From assembly GCA_900088475.1 (NCBI GenBank), contig FLMG01000725.1:1-64000 (forward strand): 64,000 nucleotides of DNA, written 5' to 3'. Source of the DNA: Hyphochytrium catenoides. Lineage: Eukaryota; Protista; Hyphochytriomycota. Under the pieces are notes generated by a model, which worked only from the letters and a program-made list of their open reading frames with translations, searched no databases and was not told the DNA's origin. Shown piece by piece: positions 24,801 through 36,838 of this stretch (the stretch's first letter is position 1; each line of letters opens with the position of its first letter). The translations under genes were made by a program, and so were the position numbers.

Positions 24801-25411
24801 GGTGTTGCACTGTTTGTGGCAGGACGTGAAGGTGGAAGTAAGGCTATGTACAGTAGGCCTTCCTATAATAAGGCTGGCTTTATGAGTTATTTAGTTCTTA
24901 TTGCCCTGTGATCTTCCCCCGTTTTTTAGTTCCATCTTTACTCACAAAGGGCAATGTTTCTTTCCTATAGGTAGAGCCTACGAAAGAGCGAGGGTTATTG
25001 CAGGAATGAAATCATTGAAATCTTTCAAGAACATAAACAGAACATGCAACACCCTTCAAAACGCAGACGCCCTGCTTTCAACAGTTTTTTTTATTGCGGA
25101 ACCCTGCTGCAAGAACTCTGACGAACTGCTGGAGCTCAGAAGAGAACAAGAGCTTCACAAGCCAATCTTCTTCGTGGTGGATCATCACCCTTCTTCTTCC
25201 TTCGTGCAGCGGCCCTGAGATATGCAGCCCTGTCGCAGTTGGCAAGCTGTCAAGGAAGCAGTCAGACGGAGACGCTAGCTACTCTTGCCGCAGGAGCACT
25301 GGATCGCAACTGCTGCATTGGCTTTTTGCGCAGGAGGATGCCTTCATCATCATCGGGCCGTACCAGTTTCTCTTGATAATATAGCCCTTCAAAATAACCT
25401 AGGAAAGAAGG

Positions 25412-26462
25412 ATGATGGACATCTGTCTTTTGGAGACGGTACAACCACCACCATCATCATCATGCCTCCGGGTACCTCTTACCAGCAGGGATGGCCCTGG
25501 TCCTAACAGTCGAAAGTCAGCCAGGATCCGAATCGACGCTACTGATGTCGACCCCAAGGAGAGAAAAGAGGACGAAGAGAAGAAGAGTACCAGCACTAAA
25601 AGCGGAGGAAAGAAACGGCTACGCCGGAATAGATCAGCCCGTTACAAGGCTCTTGAAAAGCAAATTCGAGTGGCTGAGGAGTACCAGCGATCCTTACTAC
25701 GGCGACTAGAACGAAACTCTTGCCCTTCTTTCGGCGCCGAGCCTCGGCTTGGAATGTCCACGGATATCACCTCAATAAGGAGGTTCCGAGAACAATGCGT
25801 AGACACCATGGTGCGTGCAGCAAACATTGAAGCATTCGATAGTACCTGCCTGCCGATGTTCCATGACACGTGCACGGTGGTCCATGATGTCATGCCTAGC
25901 AGGTCGTCTCTGTGTCCTCCATACGATGAGCAAGCGCTTGGGGCTGGCTTCTCGAAGGGGCCTATGGCGATGAAGCAAGCCTGGTATGATAGCTTCCAAC
26001 TAGTTATGACGCGTGGCAGTGGTTCCATTGCCTAACACTTTCTGCTTTCCAGGATGACCTACACCTCCACCTTTCTATGGTTCCAGTTCAATGTTATCAA
26101 GTTGGTGAGCTTCGATCCTAGAGGTGACCGCATGCTGTGTGTTGGCACTCTGCAAGGCCTTACAGCCGGGGGAACGGGGGCAGCCTCTGGCCTTTTGCCC
26201 TCCGATGAGGGCTCTGCGCAGCAGGTATTCAACGGCTTGGAGCTAAGCACGCTCTTCATATGAGAAACAGACGAGAGCTAGCTTCAAGATACTAACAGTC
26301 ACTTTTTATTCGTGGTCAACAAAGGCCGAGGAACAGAGTCATGGGAAGCTGATTGAAGTGCGGGAAGCTTTATTATACGTCTTTTCTCCCCAGAATAGGA
26401 TCACCTTCACTCGGGCGATCTTCAACTATGAAGATAAGACTTGCATGGGTCTATTGATGTGA
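25412..26462 (+). CDS. bZIP-like + NTF2/SnoaL-like protein, paralogue 2 (293 aa; exons 25412-25983, 26053-26224, 26325-26462)
   Basis: Intron 1 GTATGA..cctaac..CAG lies in the same Trp codon; intron 2 GTATTC..actaac..AAG restores YVFSPQNRITF; zipper RYKALEKQIRVAEEYQRSLLRRL; motifs FHDTCTVVHD and FDPRGDRM. Confidence 0.75.
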
Positions 26463-28811
26463 CAGGATAAGCTGTCTCGGCCACCACTAGTGGGAAATGA
26501 ACAACAAATGGCCTTTCGACGGCTTTCCTCCTTGAGGACGTTGTAATGAACGGGCGCTCGAAGCTAGGAGCGAAAGTTCAAAGTAGTACCGAGATGATGT
26601 GACCCAAGAGAACGACGCAATAGATTTGGCAGAGTACTATAGTAGATAAGTTCTGCCAAGGTTGGGTTTATCTATCCGGGCAATCAGGAAGTGACTAACC
26701 GTAGCTAGTAAATGGACCGCCTACCTTCAAGTGAGCCTCTGCAATTGTATATAAAGCAACAGTGAGTCTTCCTTAGACTCTGAAAATGTTCTAAGGGTCA
26801 ATATTCAATACTTGTACATGTCTTTGAACTCCTTCATGAAGTCCATGGATAATTTGAAAGGAAGTGACTAATGGATCCTGGTTGCGGTTCATTACTTAGC
26901 GCCACCATGAAAATCCGGCCGCTAAGTTCAGCATACTACTTCCATTATTGACAAGGATGGAGCTAATAGAATTTTTAAGAGATTAGGGGCATGATGGTAG
27001 CGATTGCTAATATGCTAACTGTCTGCTACTGAAAGTCACTAGGAAACCAGGACTGGATTATAACAGTCTTTGAAGACTAGACGACTATCCTCTCTGAGGA
27101 ACATCGGTCTATTCTCTGAAAGATAACCTGGTGAATGATGGTTGAGCAAATAGGGCCAAGGGTCGGTAGACCAAATGGGAACGTCCAACAGGGGGGAAGA
27201 GGTATGCAAATAGCATGAAGAATGAAAAGCCTTAGGACAGCGTAAGATGAAGGTTCAGTGGATGCTATGTATTTGATGGCCCTTCTACAGTCATCAGTTT
27301 ATATAGAGAGATCCTCAAGAAGCGTGATAGCATTTTCTTCACCGTCCTTCTCTGTCTGTAGGGCTGTCTGACGGGGAGCGAGCGGCGAGCGTTCCGCTTC
27401 GTAGACCACAATAAAGTCTCACATAACTTCATCTTCCTGTTGTTCGGGTACTCTCCTAAGCGTGAAAATGGCTTCCGGCGACGGCTGTCGGCAGGGCCGT
27501 AGATAGTCCTCCATCAAGGCAAAGCAAACTAACATCTGTAAACTCAGAAGTGAGGAGACCGAGTGAGATAGAAAAAAGACCCACCAATTATTTGAATGAA
27601 GAATGACAATCGCCTTTCTTCTTTGTATCATTCAGCTCCACTCAGACCAGGCGGGAAGCCTCCTCTTCCTCTTTTCTGGGTCCGACCCTCATCTCATGCA
27701 AGATATAGCATCCAACAAGGGGTTCGAGAGTGAAGAAGGAAGAAGGTAAACGGGTTGGGCAGAGCTCTAACGGAGGAAGCAGCAGGTCAGCCTTGCTGAT
27801 ATTGCCTAGCATCATTATTTTTAATAACAATATTTGGCATGACTGATCTTGCTGGGAAAGGCCAGTCTCAAGAAGCAAACTAAGAATGGCGGATGTGATG
27901 AGGGGATCGACCAGTAGTAGGAGGAGATGCGGCATTCAAATGGCTGCTGATGGTGCCGATGAGAACACAGGCCACGATATCCTAGTGGAAGAGCTTCGTA
28001 CGTACCGCCACCAGCACCATATAACAACATTGCCTTTAGCGTTCATTGTCACAACGGTCTTACCTTGCAGCCCTGCTTGTCGATACTAGTGTCCTGCCTC
28101 TTTGTGGTCCGACTTGGTACTATTATCCTCAGCTTTGAGCTGCCAGCAAGCTGTTGCACACTCTCATGGTTGCCTGATAATAATAAGTGCACCGTTGTTG
28201 ACCTTGAGCGTCGAACAAAAGAGGCCGTTTCACCCTTTCCATCTAACGGGTGAAAGCTTCAGGCTGCAACAATTCTTGCAAAGATTCGCAAGATTCCATT
28301 CGTTCTTCATATTATCAAACTTGTACGGTTCCTGAAAGATACAAGTTGCAACTATCACCCTCAGCCTTGGATCCACGCGCCATCACAGAGAAAATGCCCC
28401 TTCAGTGCGTCCTCCTCTTCTTCAGCCTCTTCTTCTGCAGTCCAGGCAGGTCATGGCCTTCATCGATCCATCTGAGGCGTCTCTTCTGATGCAGCAGCAA
28501 GAGAAGAAGAATCTGCTGCTTATTACCTTGTTGTGCCTCAGTCCAGCAGCAGCAGCGGCCGGTCCCCGCTGTCGTCCCTCATCCACATCAGAAAGCAAGG
28601 CAGCACCACCACGACGACAGGCGTCGTATTGAAGAAAGACCTACCAAGAACACTGGTGGGAGGTAGCGATGGCTCTAACTGATTAGCTCTACAGAGGAGA
28701 AGGGGGCGAATGTCATTATTGTCGGGGGGGGGGAGCGTCTTCCACGAGTATTCTGGAGGCTAATCATTAGCAGCACAACCACTACCAACAGCACAGCTAG
28801 TGCTGCCGGAC

Positions 28812-30248
28812 ATGGAGCAGCACGAGGATAGCTTACAGCAGCTGTTGGCTGGCGCAGCAGGAGAAGGGAGCTATTTTTCCTCTTCGCCGCCTTCTTCGCC
28901 GCTGTCCTCCATAGTACATGCCCTCACCCAGGAGGAGGTAACCGGAACAGAAGATGCCATTACTTTGCTCACCGGCAGTCCCTCTTGGAGGCGAATAGAT
29001 ACTTCACCCTTCATCGCCAACATATACTTAGGGATCGCGCCAGCTGAAGTAGCTCAAACATTAGAGACTGGACGAGAAGGGAGAAAGTGGTGGCAAGAGG
29101 AACAAATTGAGCGGAGCATAAATGTAAAGGAAGGAAAAGCTTTAGATTACGATGGTGGTTCCCTGGTGAATACATTGCATTCTGGACACCGCGTAGTTTC
29201 TTCTTCTGATATCCCAAGAAGACAAACTCACTCCTCCTCCGCGCCTGCCTCACGCATAGAAACATTCAGGTAAGGAGACTGATGACAGACCGTGAGGGAG
29301 GTGCGATAAATGTAAGGGTTAGCTAAGGTTGGCTCTTCGTCCTCCTTTGAAACACATCTCCTCATTAGGGAGCAGAATGCCGCAGCCTGTCGGCGGTATC
29401 GGCAAAAGCAACAAGCGAGAAAACAGAGTCTGGAACGGCAGCTCAAGATAGCAGAGGCGCGACACTATCAGCTAAAGAAACAACTGGAGGAGCAAGCTTT
29501 CGGAAGCTCCAGAAGGCTCTTGGCCCCTAGATCACAGGCTCAAGCTATTTGTAGTCATCGCAGGAAGATCATTATGGAGAGCCTTGCCGTTGCCTATGTT
29601 GGCAATGTCAGGTTCGCCAATATACTGCATGAAGACTGCCTTCTAATAGAGCCAACGCATGAGGTGGCCGGCTCATCAAGCATTATAAGCCAATGGTTCG
29701 TATGCATCCTTGCCGCCTAGCTTCCGCTGAGAACTAAAAGCTGAAGCGCTCCTCTGCCGCGTTGAATCTTCAGGGAAGAGTCCAAAAGCAAGTTGACGGA
29801 TCAAAGTTTTCGAGACGTACACCTCTGTGCCCTAGATCCCAGGGGTGACCGCTTTCGGGTCGATTGGGTGCACGAAGGATATGTAGCCGGTGATCTATGT
29901 CTCTCCGACGGCTACTGGCAGAAAGCTCTTTCCATCAACAATCCAACGGTGATCATGCCATTAGATGGCTCTTCATCGAATGTCTCATCACAAGGCGGAT
30001 CGCGGCCAATGCCTGGAAAAGCCCACAATCAGCATAGTCAAGAAATACCTGCCATAGATAACATCCAAGAGGTGCGATGGGCTGTAGAAGTATCGATAAG
30101 GTCATACTATACGTTCGGAACAGACAATCGTGTGACGGTGCTAGTCCGAGGCACTTCTTGTCATCCCGTCGTCCGCGTTGAGCTTCCCAATGGAAAGCAG
30201 CAGCGGCTTGTTATTGAAAATTCAGCTGTTGCTGCGCTCATAGCCTAG
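28812..30248 (+). CDS. bZIP transcription factor + NTF2/SnoaL-like domain, paralogue 3 (419 aa; exons 28812-29269, 29369-29695, 29774-30248)
   Basis: Splicing gives a canonical basic region REQNAAACRRYRQKQQ (N-x7-R) and zipper LERQLKIAEARHYQLKKQL, then LHEDCLLIEP..GSSSIISQW, ALDPRGDRFRVDWVHEG and YTFGTDNRV; both introns are GT..AG, phase 2. Confidence 0.8.
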
Positions 30249-32284
30249 TGGGTGACGACGTCGGGATCTCAAGCATCGGCAACCGAGGCAATACATTACC
30301 TAAGAGAGTGTCCATTGATTTATGCATACCTCCTCGTTTGCAATGGGCACACCGCGGCCGCCTCTTGTTGCAGCAGCCTCAACACTGCAGGTCTCTTTCC
30401 TCCTAAGCTATCGATTGGTTGCTGCTGTGATGACTACCGCGCCTCTACAATGAAGATGTCAGTGCTATTGAGTTAAATTGAGACTATTCTTTGCTCCTCA
30501 GTCGCCAGCATCCTACCCGTGATTGACCAGTCCCACCATCATCAATCGTTAAGGTACCTCTTATCATCAGTAGACGGCGATGACAAGAATGTCATCACTG
30601 TCTTCTCTCTATAGCTGCTGGACCTGCCCTAAGATGACTACTGGACGAAACATAACCATCATCGCACACATTTTCTTCCTTCTCTATCGTATGACATCAG
30701 GCATGTGTGTCCAATGCCTTCTGTGGGGTTGACAGCGGGCAGTTCTGCTATTAATCTTACGTTCCATGTGGGGTGGGGGGAAATAAGGCTCTTACCCACA
30801 GACTTGAATGATAGAAGAAGACTATGCCTGTGAACTATGATGTTCTGCTTGGGATGATTAACCGCGTACGGGAGTCTGTGCTTGCAAGGTTATGCTATGA
30901 GCAGCTACCAATGCTCTTCTACGCCTTTATGAGCTGAAAATGCGTGAGATAGAAGGGCATTTCAAGTGGGAGGGCAGGAAGCCATTATTTGGAGCGAGTG
31001 CCGAGCCACGACAGCATGCAAGTGGGCAAGCGTCAGGGTGCACCAACGCGGCTACCGTGAGTCCCTGTGCGCTTCAAAGCTCTGCAGACTCGCATCTAGT
31101 TGAGAAGTGATGCTACTGGGTCATCTCCAAGCCTCATACTAGAAATACAGTCCTGATGATTCATCAACGGGCAACTTCGTAGTGGTTACTTCTTCTCGTA
31201 CACCTAATTAGTTGCTACCAATACATTATTGGGATGTGAACGTAATGGTAAGTCATGCAAAGGAGATGAAAGAGCGATGATATGGAGGACGGAAGTAACC
31301 CGTGAATGAAGACAAAGCTAAGGAGGTCTTCGGTGGGACTGATTAATAGGACTGGACGGAGGTAGGAGAGTTAGAAGATTACGCCTTGCCATTCTGTGCA
31401 GCTACAAGCATGAAGCTACGCTAACTAAGCAGAGAGAGCAGGAAAGAGCAGGAAAGAGCTATCGACGCCTCTAAAGGAGAGAAGACGAAGGAGGAGTGCA
31501 GCCAAGATTAGTCGGAGACCGGGAAACCCCGAAGCAGCTAGGGAGAGACGGATCCGCAACGTGGAGTGAAGAACATAGGGAGAAAGAACCCGCAGCTTTG
31601 ACGAGACCAAAAGCTGGGATATCATGGCATGCAGGACAACAGGTAGAGCACCTTTTGCCCCAGTAAATCATTCCCTGATGAGTCAGGCGGTCAGACATCC
31701 TGTGCGGAGGGTAAGGAAAAGAAGAAGTACCGTCATTAGAGTTAGAGAAAGATGGGTCACCAGCATTTCTTATAAACAGGAAAAGCCGTTACATCCAGCC
31801 CAAACCCGTGGGATTATTCTGTCCTATCATTGACCCACAGAGAGAGTCCGTTACATTGAACTGTTTGTTGGTTGTGCTGGGAGGAGCCACTGGGACCGGA
31901 AGCTCTCTATGGTTAGTGATGAGTGATAGAAGGGAACTTCCCTTGCAAACCGAGGAAAGACGAGTGGCACTTGAAGTTCACAAAGTAAATGGAAGAATAG
32001 GAAGAAGGGATTGAAGAGAAAAGCACTGCTGCGGGGCGGTGAAGAGAAACAAGGACGCCAGTCTCCAAACAGCAGCCACCCCATACAAATAGGATTGGTC
32101 TCCCGATGGTCTCACTTGACTGCTCAGCTTGTCATGAGTCTTGACAAATATCCTTCTTTTTCGTTGGCTACCGCCATACAGAGTACGAGTCATCATTGGC
32201 CCCGTTGGCTGGCACTTTAGAGGCAGATCGCATGCTTGGCTTGCTCCCCTCATTTACTCAAAGATCACGCTTCCCTGATGCGCC

Positions 32285-34429
32285 ATGGTGGTGGATCCTG
32301 CATACACCGTCAAGCTATCACAATCGTTAGTCGAAGTCCTCCAAGAGAGTACTTTGACCATCGATGATGCGACCAGGAAAAACCTTTTGCTTACATCTGC
32401 TGAGATAAGGTCCGCTCTTTCTAAGTCTTCTACGGAGCTCTCATCAACAACAGATGAAAAGAAATCGGCAGACTCTCCAGGAGGTCAACTCCTGCCACCC
32501 GAGGCTGATGCCGGCAGCGTTGGAAGAGCTAAGCAGAAGCAGCGAAGGCAAAAGATACTCATGATGGTGGCTCAACGTCCGTTTCTCGAGCTCACGCGGG
32601 AACAGAGTAGCCTCAGCGTCATGGAATGGCTGACTGGGAGAAGGTTCTATGAGCGATATTGGAAGTATAAGTCATGGATGAAGATGTTCTCTTTAGCAGG
32701 GTTTATAATGATGGTCATTGTAGTCCCCATCTACACTGCAGGGTCACTGACTGAACAACAAAGATTGATAATGTTAATCCTTTGTATCCCGGCGACGCTC
32801 TTCGGTCTCACGCATGCGGCGGCGCTATCAATTGGCTGGGTACTTCGCCAGGCACTATTCAAGTTTGAAGCCGTCTATTTACTGGTGGAGACCTTCTTGT
32901 TTTTCGTATCGCTGTCAGGACTCTACTGCTTCACGGTGTCAGCAATATGCTTTGCCGCCATAGGCTTCCTGAGCACGTTGTCAGGAGTTGTTGTCTATGA
33001 TAGCATTCCCGTGAGCATCAGGCAAAGGCTGATTGGCTCATTGATAGTCTGGTGCCTTATGTGTTTGCTCGTGATAGCTCTGATTCTGCTTCACGTGTCT
33101 GACTCCATGTGTTATCATCGATTGGACTTCAAATACGGCCTCATCGAGGACGGCGATCCTCGACAGACAAAGCTTGGTATAGGCCTCTTAGGTTTCTGCG
33201 CCAACCGCGGCTTCACAATGCTGTCCTTAATGGTGCGAACCACCTATTTGGCCTTTATACATCCTAGCGATTGTGTCCTTATCCGGACCCGAATCCGCAT
33301 CTTAGAATTGCCGGTAGATGATCGCGCTGTGCTCTCTGAGGCCAAGGATGACTCTGTTTCTGCAGAAAACCAGCAGAGTAGAGTTTCCATGTTATGCGAA
33401 TCGCTGGCTGCAAACCTTCGGCAGAAGACTGTCCTGGATGAACTCAGCAAAAGCTACCTATTGCGAACCAGGGTCATCATTGAGCAACGTCTTTCCTCAT
33501 CTTCAGCTATGATTCGAGTCAAGAGCAGGGGTTCAAGCTATAGGATGAATCAGAGAAGTCTCGTCATAATGGGAGTTCGACCGTATGTAGAACTGACCAG
33601 ACAACAGAGCAGCCTGACAGTCATGGAATGGCTCCTTGGGAGACGCTTCTACCGTGGATGGTGGACGCTAATGAGGTTCATTGCGCCACTTACTCTTGCT
33701 TCGTTTTTCCTGATCGTCATCTTGGTGCCAGTCTGCATGATGCTGCCAACTGCGGACATGAAGGTTGGAATCCTTCTTCCCATAGGTTGCCTTCCCGGGC
33801 TTTTGCTTGGACACTTGGGATCTGCGTCACTAGCCAAGTGGTGCTTGCTCAAAAAAACTCTGAGCACATTTGAAGCGCGTCTTTTCTTGGTAGAAAGTGC
33901 GCTATTTGCCATCTCTTTGTCTGTCGTCCTGGATTTCTCCCCTACAGGTTATGCCACCTCATCGATCATATTTGGGTTACTTTGCGGCGTCCCATACTAC
34001 GACAGCAGTCCTACGCGAGTTCGGCGGCGAGTGAGAAGCATCCTTGGTTCCTATTGCGTGAGCTTCACTTTGATCCTCATAATCATACATTTCCGGCTCT
34101 CCCCAAACATTCGTGCTTACCGCTGGGATCCTATGCGTGGGTTCATGGTTCAGGCAAGCCTACAGCCACACAACAGGAACGACAAGACAGCTCTGAGCCT
34201 CTCGGTCATTGACTTCTGTCTCAATAGAGGCATCACCGCATTAACTCTGGTAGCGCGCGCGACGTACCTTGCGTTCCGATATCCAGCTGATTGCGTCTTC
34301 CTAACTAACCGACTTCGGATCGTGGAGGAGACATCTGCATCCCGCCATCAGTCTTTGAAATCCTGGTGGTCTACTAGTACCTCAAAAGACGCAAGGGCTA
34401 AGAACAGTAAAGAGATTATGGACCCTTAG
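32285..34429 (+). CDS. Multi-pass membrane protein made of two homologous ~300-aa halves (714 aa)
   Basis: Intronless ORF with paired motifs RPFLELTREQSSLSVMEWLTGRRFY / RPYVELTRQQSSLTVMEWLLGRRFY, FCANRGFT / FCLNRGIT, RTTYLAFIHPSDCV / RATYLAFRYPADCV. Confidence 0.85.
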   Translation: MVVDPAYTVKLSQSLVEVLQESTLTIDDATRKNLLLTSAEIRSALSKSSTELSSTTDEKKSADSPGGQLLPPEADAGSVGRAKQKQRRQKILMMVAQRPFLELTREQSSLSVMEWLTGRRFYERYWKYKSWMKMFSLAGFIMMVIVVPIYTAGSLTEQQRLIMLILCIPATLFGLTHAAALSIGWVLRQALFKFEAVYLLVETFLFFVSLSGLYCFTVSAICFAAIGFLSTLSGVVVYDSIPVSIRQRLIGSLIVWCLMCLLVIALILLHVSDSMCYHRLDFKYGLIEDGDPRQTKLGIGLLGFCANRGFTMLSLMVRTTYLAFIHPSDCVLIRTRIRILELPVDDRAVLSEAKDDSVSAENQQSRVSMLCESLAANLRQKTVLDELSKSYLLRTRVIIEQRLSSSSAMIRVKSRGSSYRMNQRSLVIMGVRPYVELTRQQSSLTVMEWLLGRRFYRGWWTLMRFIAPLTLASFFLIVILVPVCMMLPTADMKVGILLPIGCLPGLLLGHLGSASLAKWCLLKKTLSTFEARLFLVESALFAISLSVVLDFSPTGYATSSIIFGLLCGVPYYDSSPTRVRRRVRSILGSYCVSFTLILIIIHFRLSPNIRAYRWDPMRGFMVQASLQPHNRNDKTALSLSVIDFCLNRGITALTLVARATYLAFRYPADCVFLTNRLRIVEETSASRHQSLKSWWSTSTSKDARAKNSKEIMDP

Positions 34430-35935
34430 GCACACCTGCTATGGTTCAGTGAGCGGCCTTAACCAGAGGAATGGTGGTGCTGAGCTATTGAGACAAACAA
34501 CCATACTGCTAAGCGTTATATGGGCGTACAGCACGGATTAAGTTAAGACGCACTATATGTAAATATCGCTGTCCTCTACCATGACCCTAGCATGTTATTA
34601 ATGGTCGTCTCTGACTGTTGAAGTGAGGCTAAGAGACCCTTCTAAAGGCAACAAGCGTGTCATACATGAAGCCCAAGCGGCCCAACTGGACCGAGGCAAG
34701 CCGAGCTCTGCTAAAAACGTTGGTTCAGACCTCACCACGCGTTGTCTGGTTTTAAGTGGAAGGCAGGGCTGAATAGACATCGATCATAAGAAGTCTCTTT
34801 GGATGCCAAGTTAAGAAGAAAAAGTGAAGAGTAATGTAAGCACCAGATCGTCCTCGCCAATACACATCGCGTCGGCGTTATCTAATTTTTTTCCAGGCAG
34901 GGCAGCATCGCCTTTCGGAGCAAGCGCCCAATAAGAAGACGATTCAGTTGGTTGATGAAAAGCCCTGCAGAAATCCGTTACTTTTGCAGTTTAAAATATC
35001 TTTGAATGCCGCCAGCACTGGCGGAATGCATGGCCAGTCCAGACCATCACCAGGCTAGAAGAAAGGCTATTCTTACGAGCAACTCAAGCAAATCCACAGT
35101 TTCGAAAAAGAGAAAGACTGCTCTATTGTGACTGATCTTTGTGCGTCGCTGCCGTCACAGGTGACCACCACCTACCACTAATGGATCTACCACTAACGGA
35201 TGTGAGACCTGCCTACCCTATCGACGACCACAGACTCGTCAAGGAGCATCATGATGGTGCCATACGCTACCCAGACGCATTCGCCAGACTAACAAGAAAG
35301 TAGCAAGGCAAAGCGCAATGCAGTAGTAGCTGGCACTGCAGTAACAGGTGAACGGTAGGCGGGCCGCTGACGGTGCTTTAAAATGGTTGAGTTTGTCCGT
35401 CTCTCCTTCTGCCCGCAAAGTTTGACCACACCTACAACTGACGCATGTCAGTCCTGCGCTCATTCACGCTTTATAAACGGCGATAGTCTGGGGGCACCCT
35501 ACCTACTGGCCGCTGTCTTAGTGTGAAGAAGCATCATCATGGTGTTAACTTACCCTGGACGGGTGTAACAGATGTAATAGGTGAACTAATGGGGCCAAGC
35601 GCAGCGCAGTAGCTGCCGCTCTAGTGCATAAGTGATATGCGGACTGCTGACAAGGTGCTGGCAGATTTCTTTTGACGCCAACATGCTTTCTATTTATAAC
35701 CTTAACAACGTGCATCCACTATAAACATCTCTAACAATAAGGCATTCCACCTGTCAGAAGGATGACACCAGATATGGTGCGCGAAAGTCAGATCACGCAC
35801 CTAATAAGTTAGCCACAACAGTTAGGAAGTAGAGAAGGCAAAAGACGGATCCGCAAACAAACGGCCATGAACCCAGATCTCTGTCATTCATCAAGAAGAT
35901 CGTGAGAATACCCTCGAGAAAGCTTCATGAGAGTC

Positions 35936-36661
35936 CTACTCTGCGTACTTATATGAGCCCTCTTTCTCCAGCGCTCTTTGGTATGCAGGTCGGTTTTGGA
36001 TCTCTTGCACGAACTTGTGCAGGCACGGCCATCGCCCTGGATTCTCTTTGAGGCCAGCTCTTTCCATGGAGACTTCAATAGGAAAGCTCATCTGGATATC
36101 TGCAGCTGTGAAGTCTTCGCCACAGAACCACCTGGTCTCCGCTAGCTCTGCCTCCATAAAGTCGAGATTCCTTTCCAGATTGGGGTTGATGAGAAGTTCA
36201 GACACCCGATGGGTTATCATTGAGGCAACGGGACGGAATATAAACGGCATCTTGGCGCTTTGAATCTTGGTGATAACCAGCTTCAGAAGCAACGGAGGCA
36301 TTGCAGATCCCTCAGCAAAGTGCAGCCAATAGGTGAAGCGTAGTCTTTCGGCAGTCCCTGGCCGCGGGTGAGTAAGGCTTTCTGTGGTACTACCTTCTGC
36401 CCCTTCATTGGCGGCGTTATAGTACTTGTCTAGTAGATATTCAATGATGGCACCGGATTCCGCGATGGTCAGGTTTCCATCTACGATCACTGGAGACTTT
36501 CCCAGAGGATGAATTTGTCTCAGAGCTTCCGGGGCCAGCATCGTTGCTGGGTCCCTTTCATAGATGATAAGTTCATAAGGTAGCCCAAGCTCTTCGAGAA
36601 GCCAGATAACTCGATGGGAGCGTGAGTCGCGAAGGTGATGCAGGGTAAGTGTCGCTGTCAT
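35936..36661 (-). CDS. Glutathione S-transferase, GTT1-like/bacterial type (241 aa), intronless
   Basis: LHHLRDSRSHRVIWLLEELGLPYE, HPLGKSPVI, AESGAIIEYL, YWLHFAEGSAMPPL, FTAADIQMSFP, RPAYQRAL. Confidence 0.93.
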   Translation of the reverse strand: MTATLTLHHLRDSRSHRVIWLLEELGLPYELIIYERDPATMLAPEALRQIHPLGKSPVIVDGNLTIAESGAIIEYLLDKYYNAANEGAEGSTTESLTHPRPGTAERLRFTYWLHFAEGSAMPPLLLKLVITKIQSAKMPFIFRPVASMITHRVSELLINPNLERNLDFMEAELAETRWFCGEDFTAADIQMSFPIEVSMERAGLKENPGRWPCLHKFVQEIQNRPAYQRALEKEGSYKYAE

Positions 36662-36838
36662 CTTCTCCTTCTTCCTCTTCTCCTCTTAATTTTTAAAGCT
36701 TCGCTTTTGAGTTATCCTACCTTATTATGTGACGAAGCGAGTATGTTGAGTTTTGAAAGGTTAAGAGAAAGCTCTGTCTTCCTGTCCGGAGAGTAGACTA
36801 CGAATTGGTTTCTGATCTTCTTGCCATCCGTCATGGAA

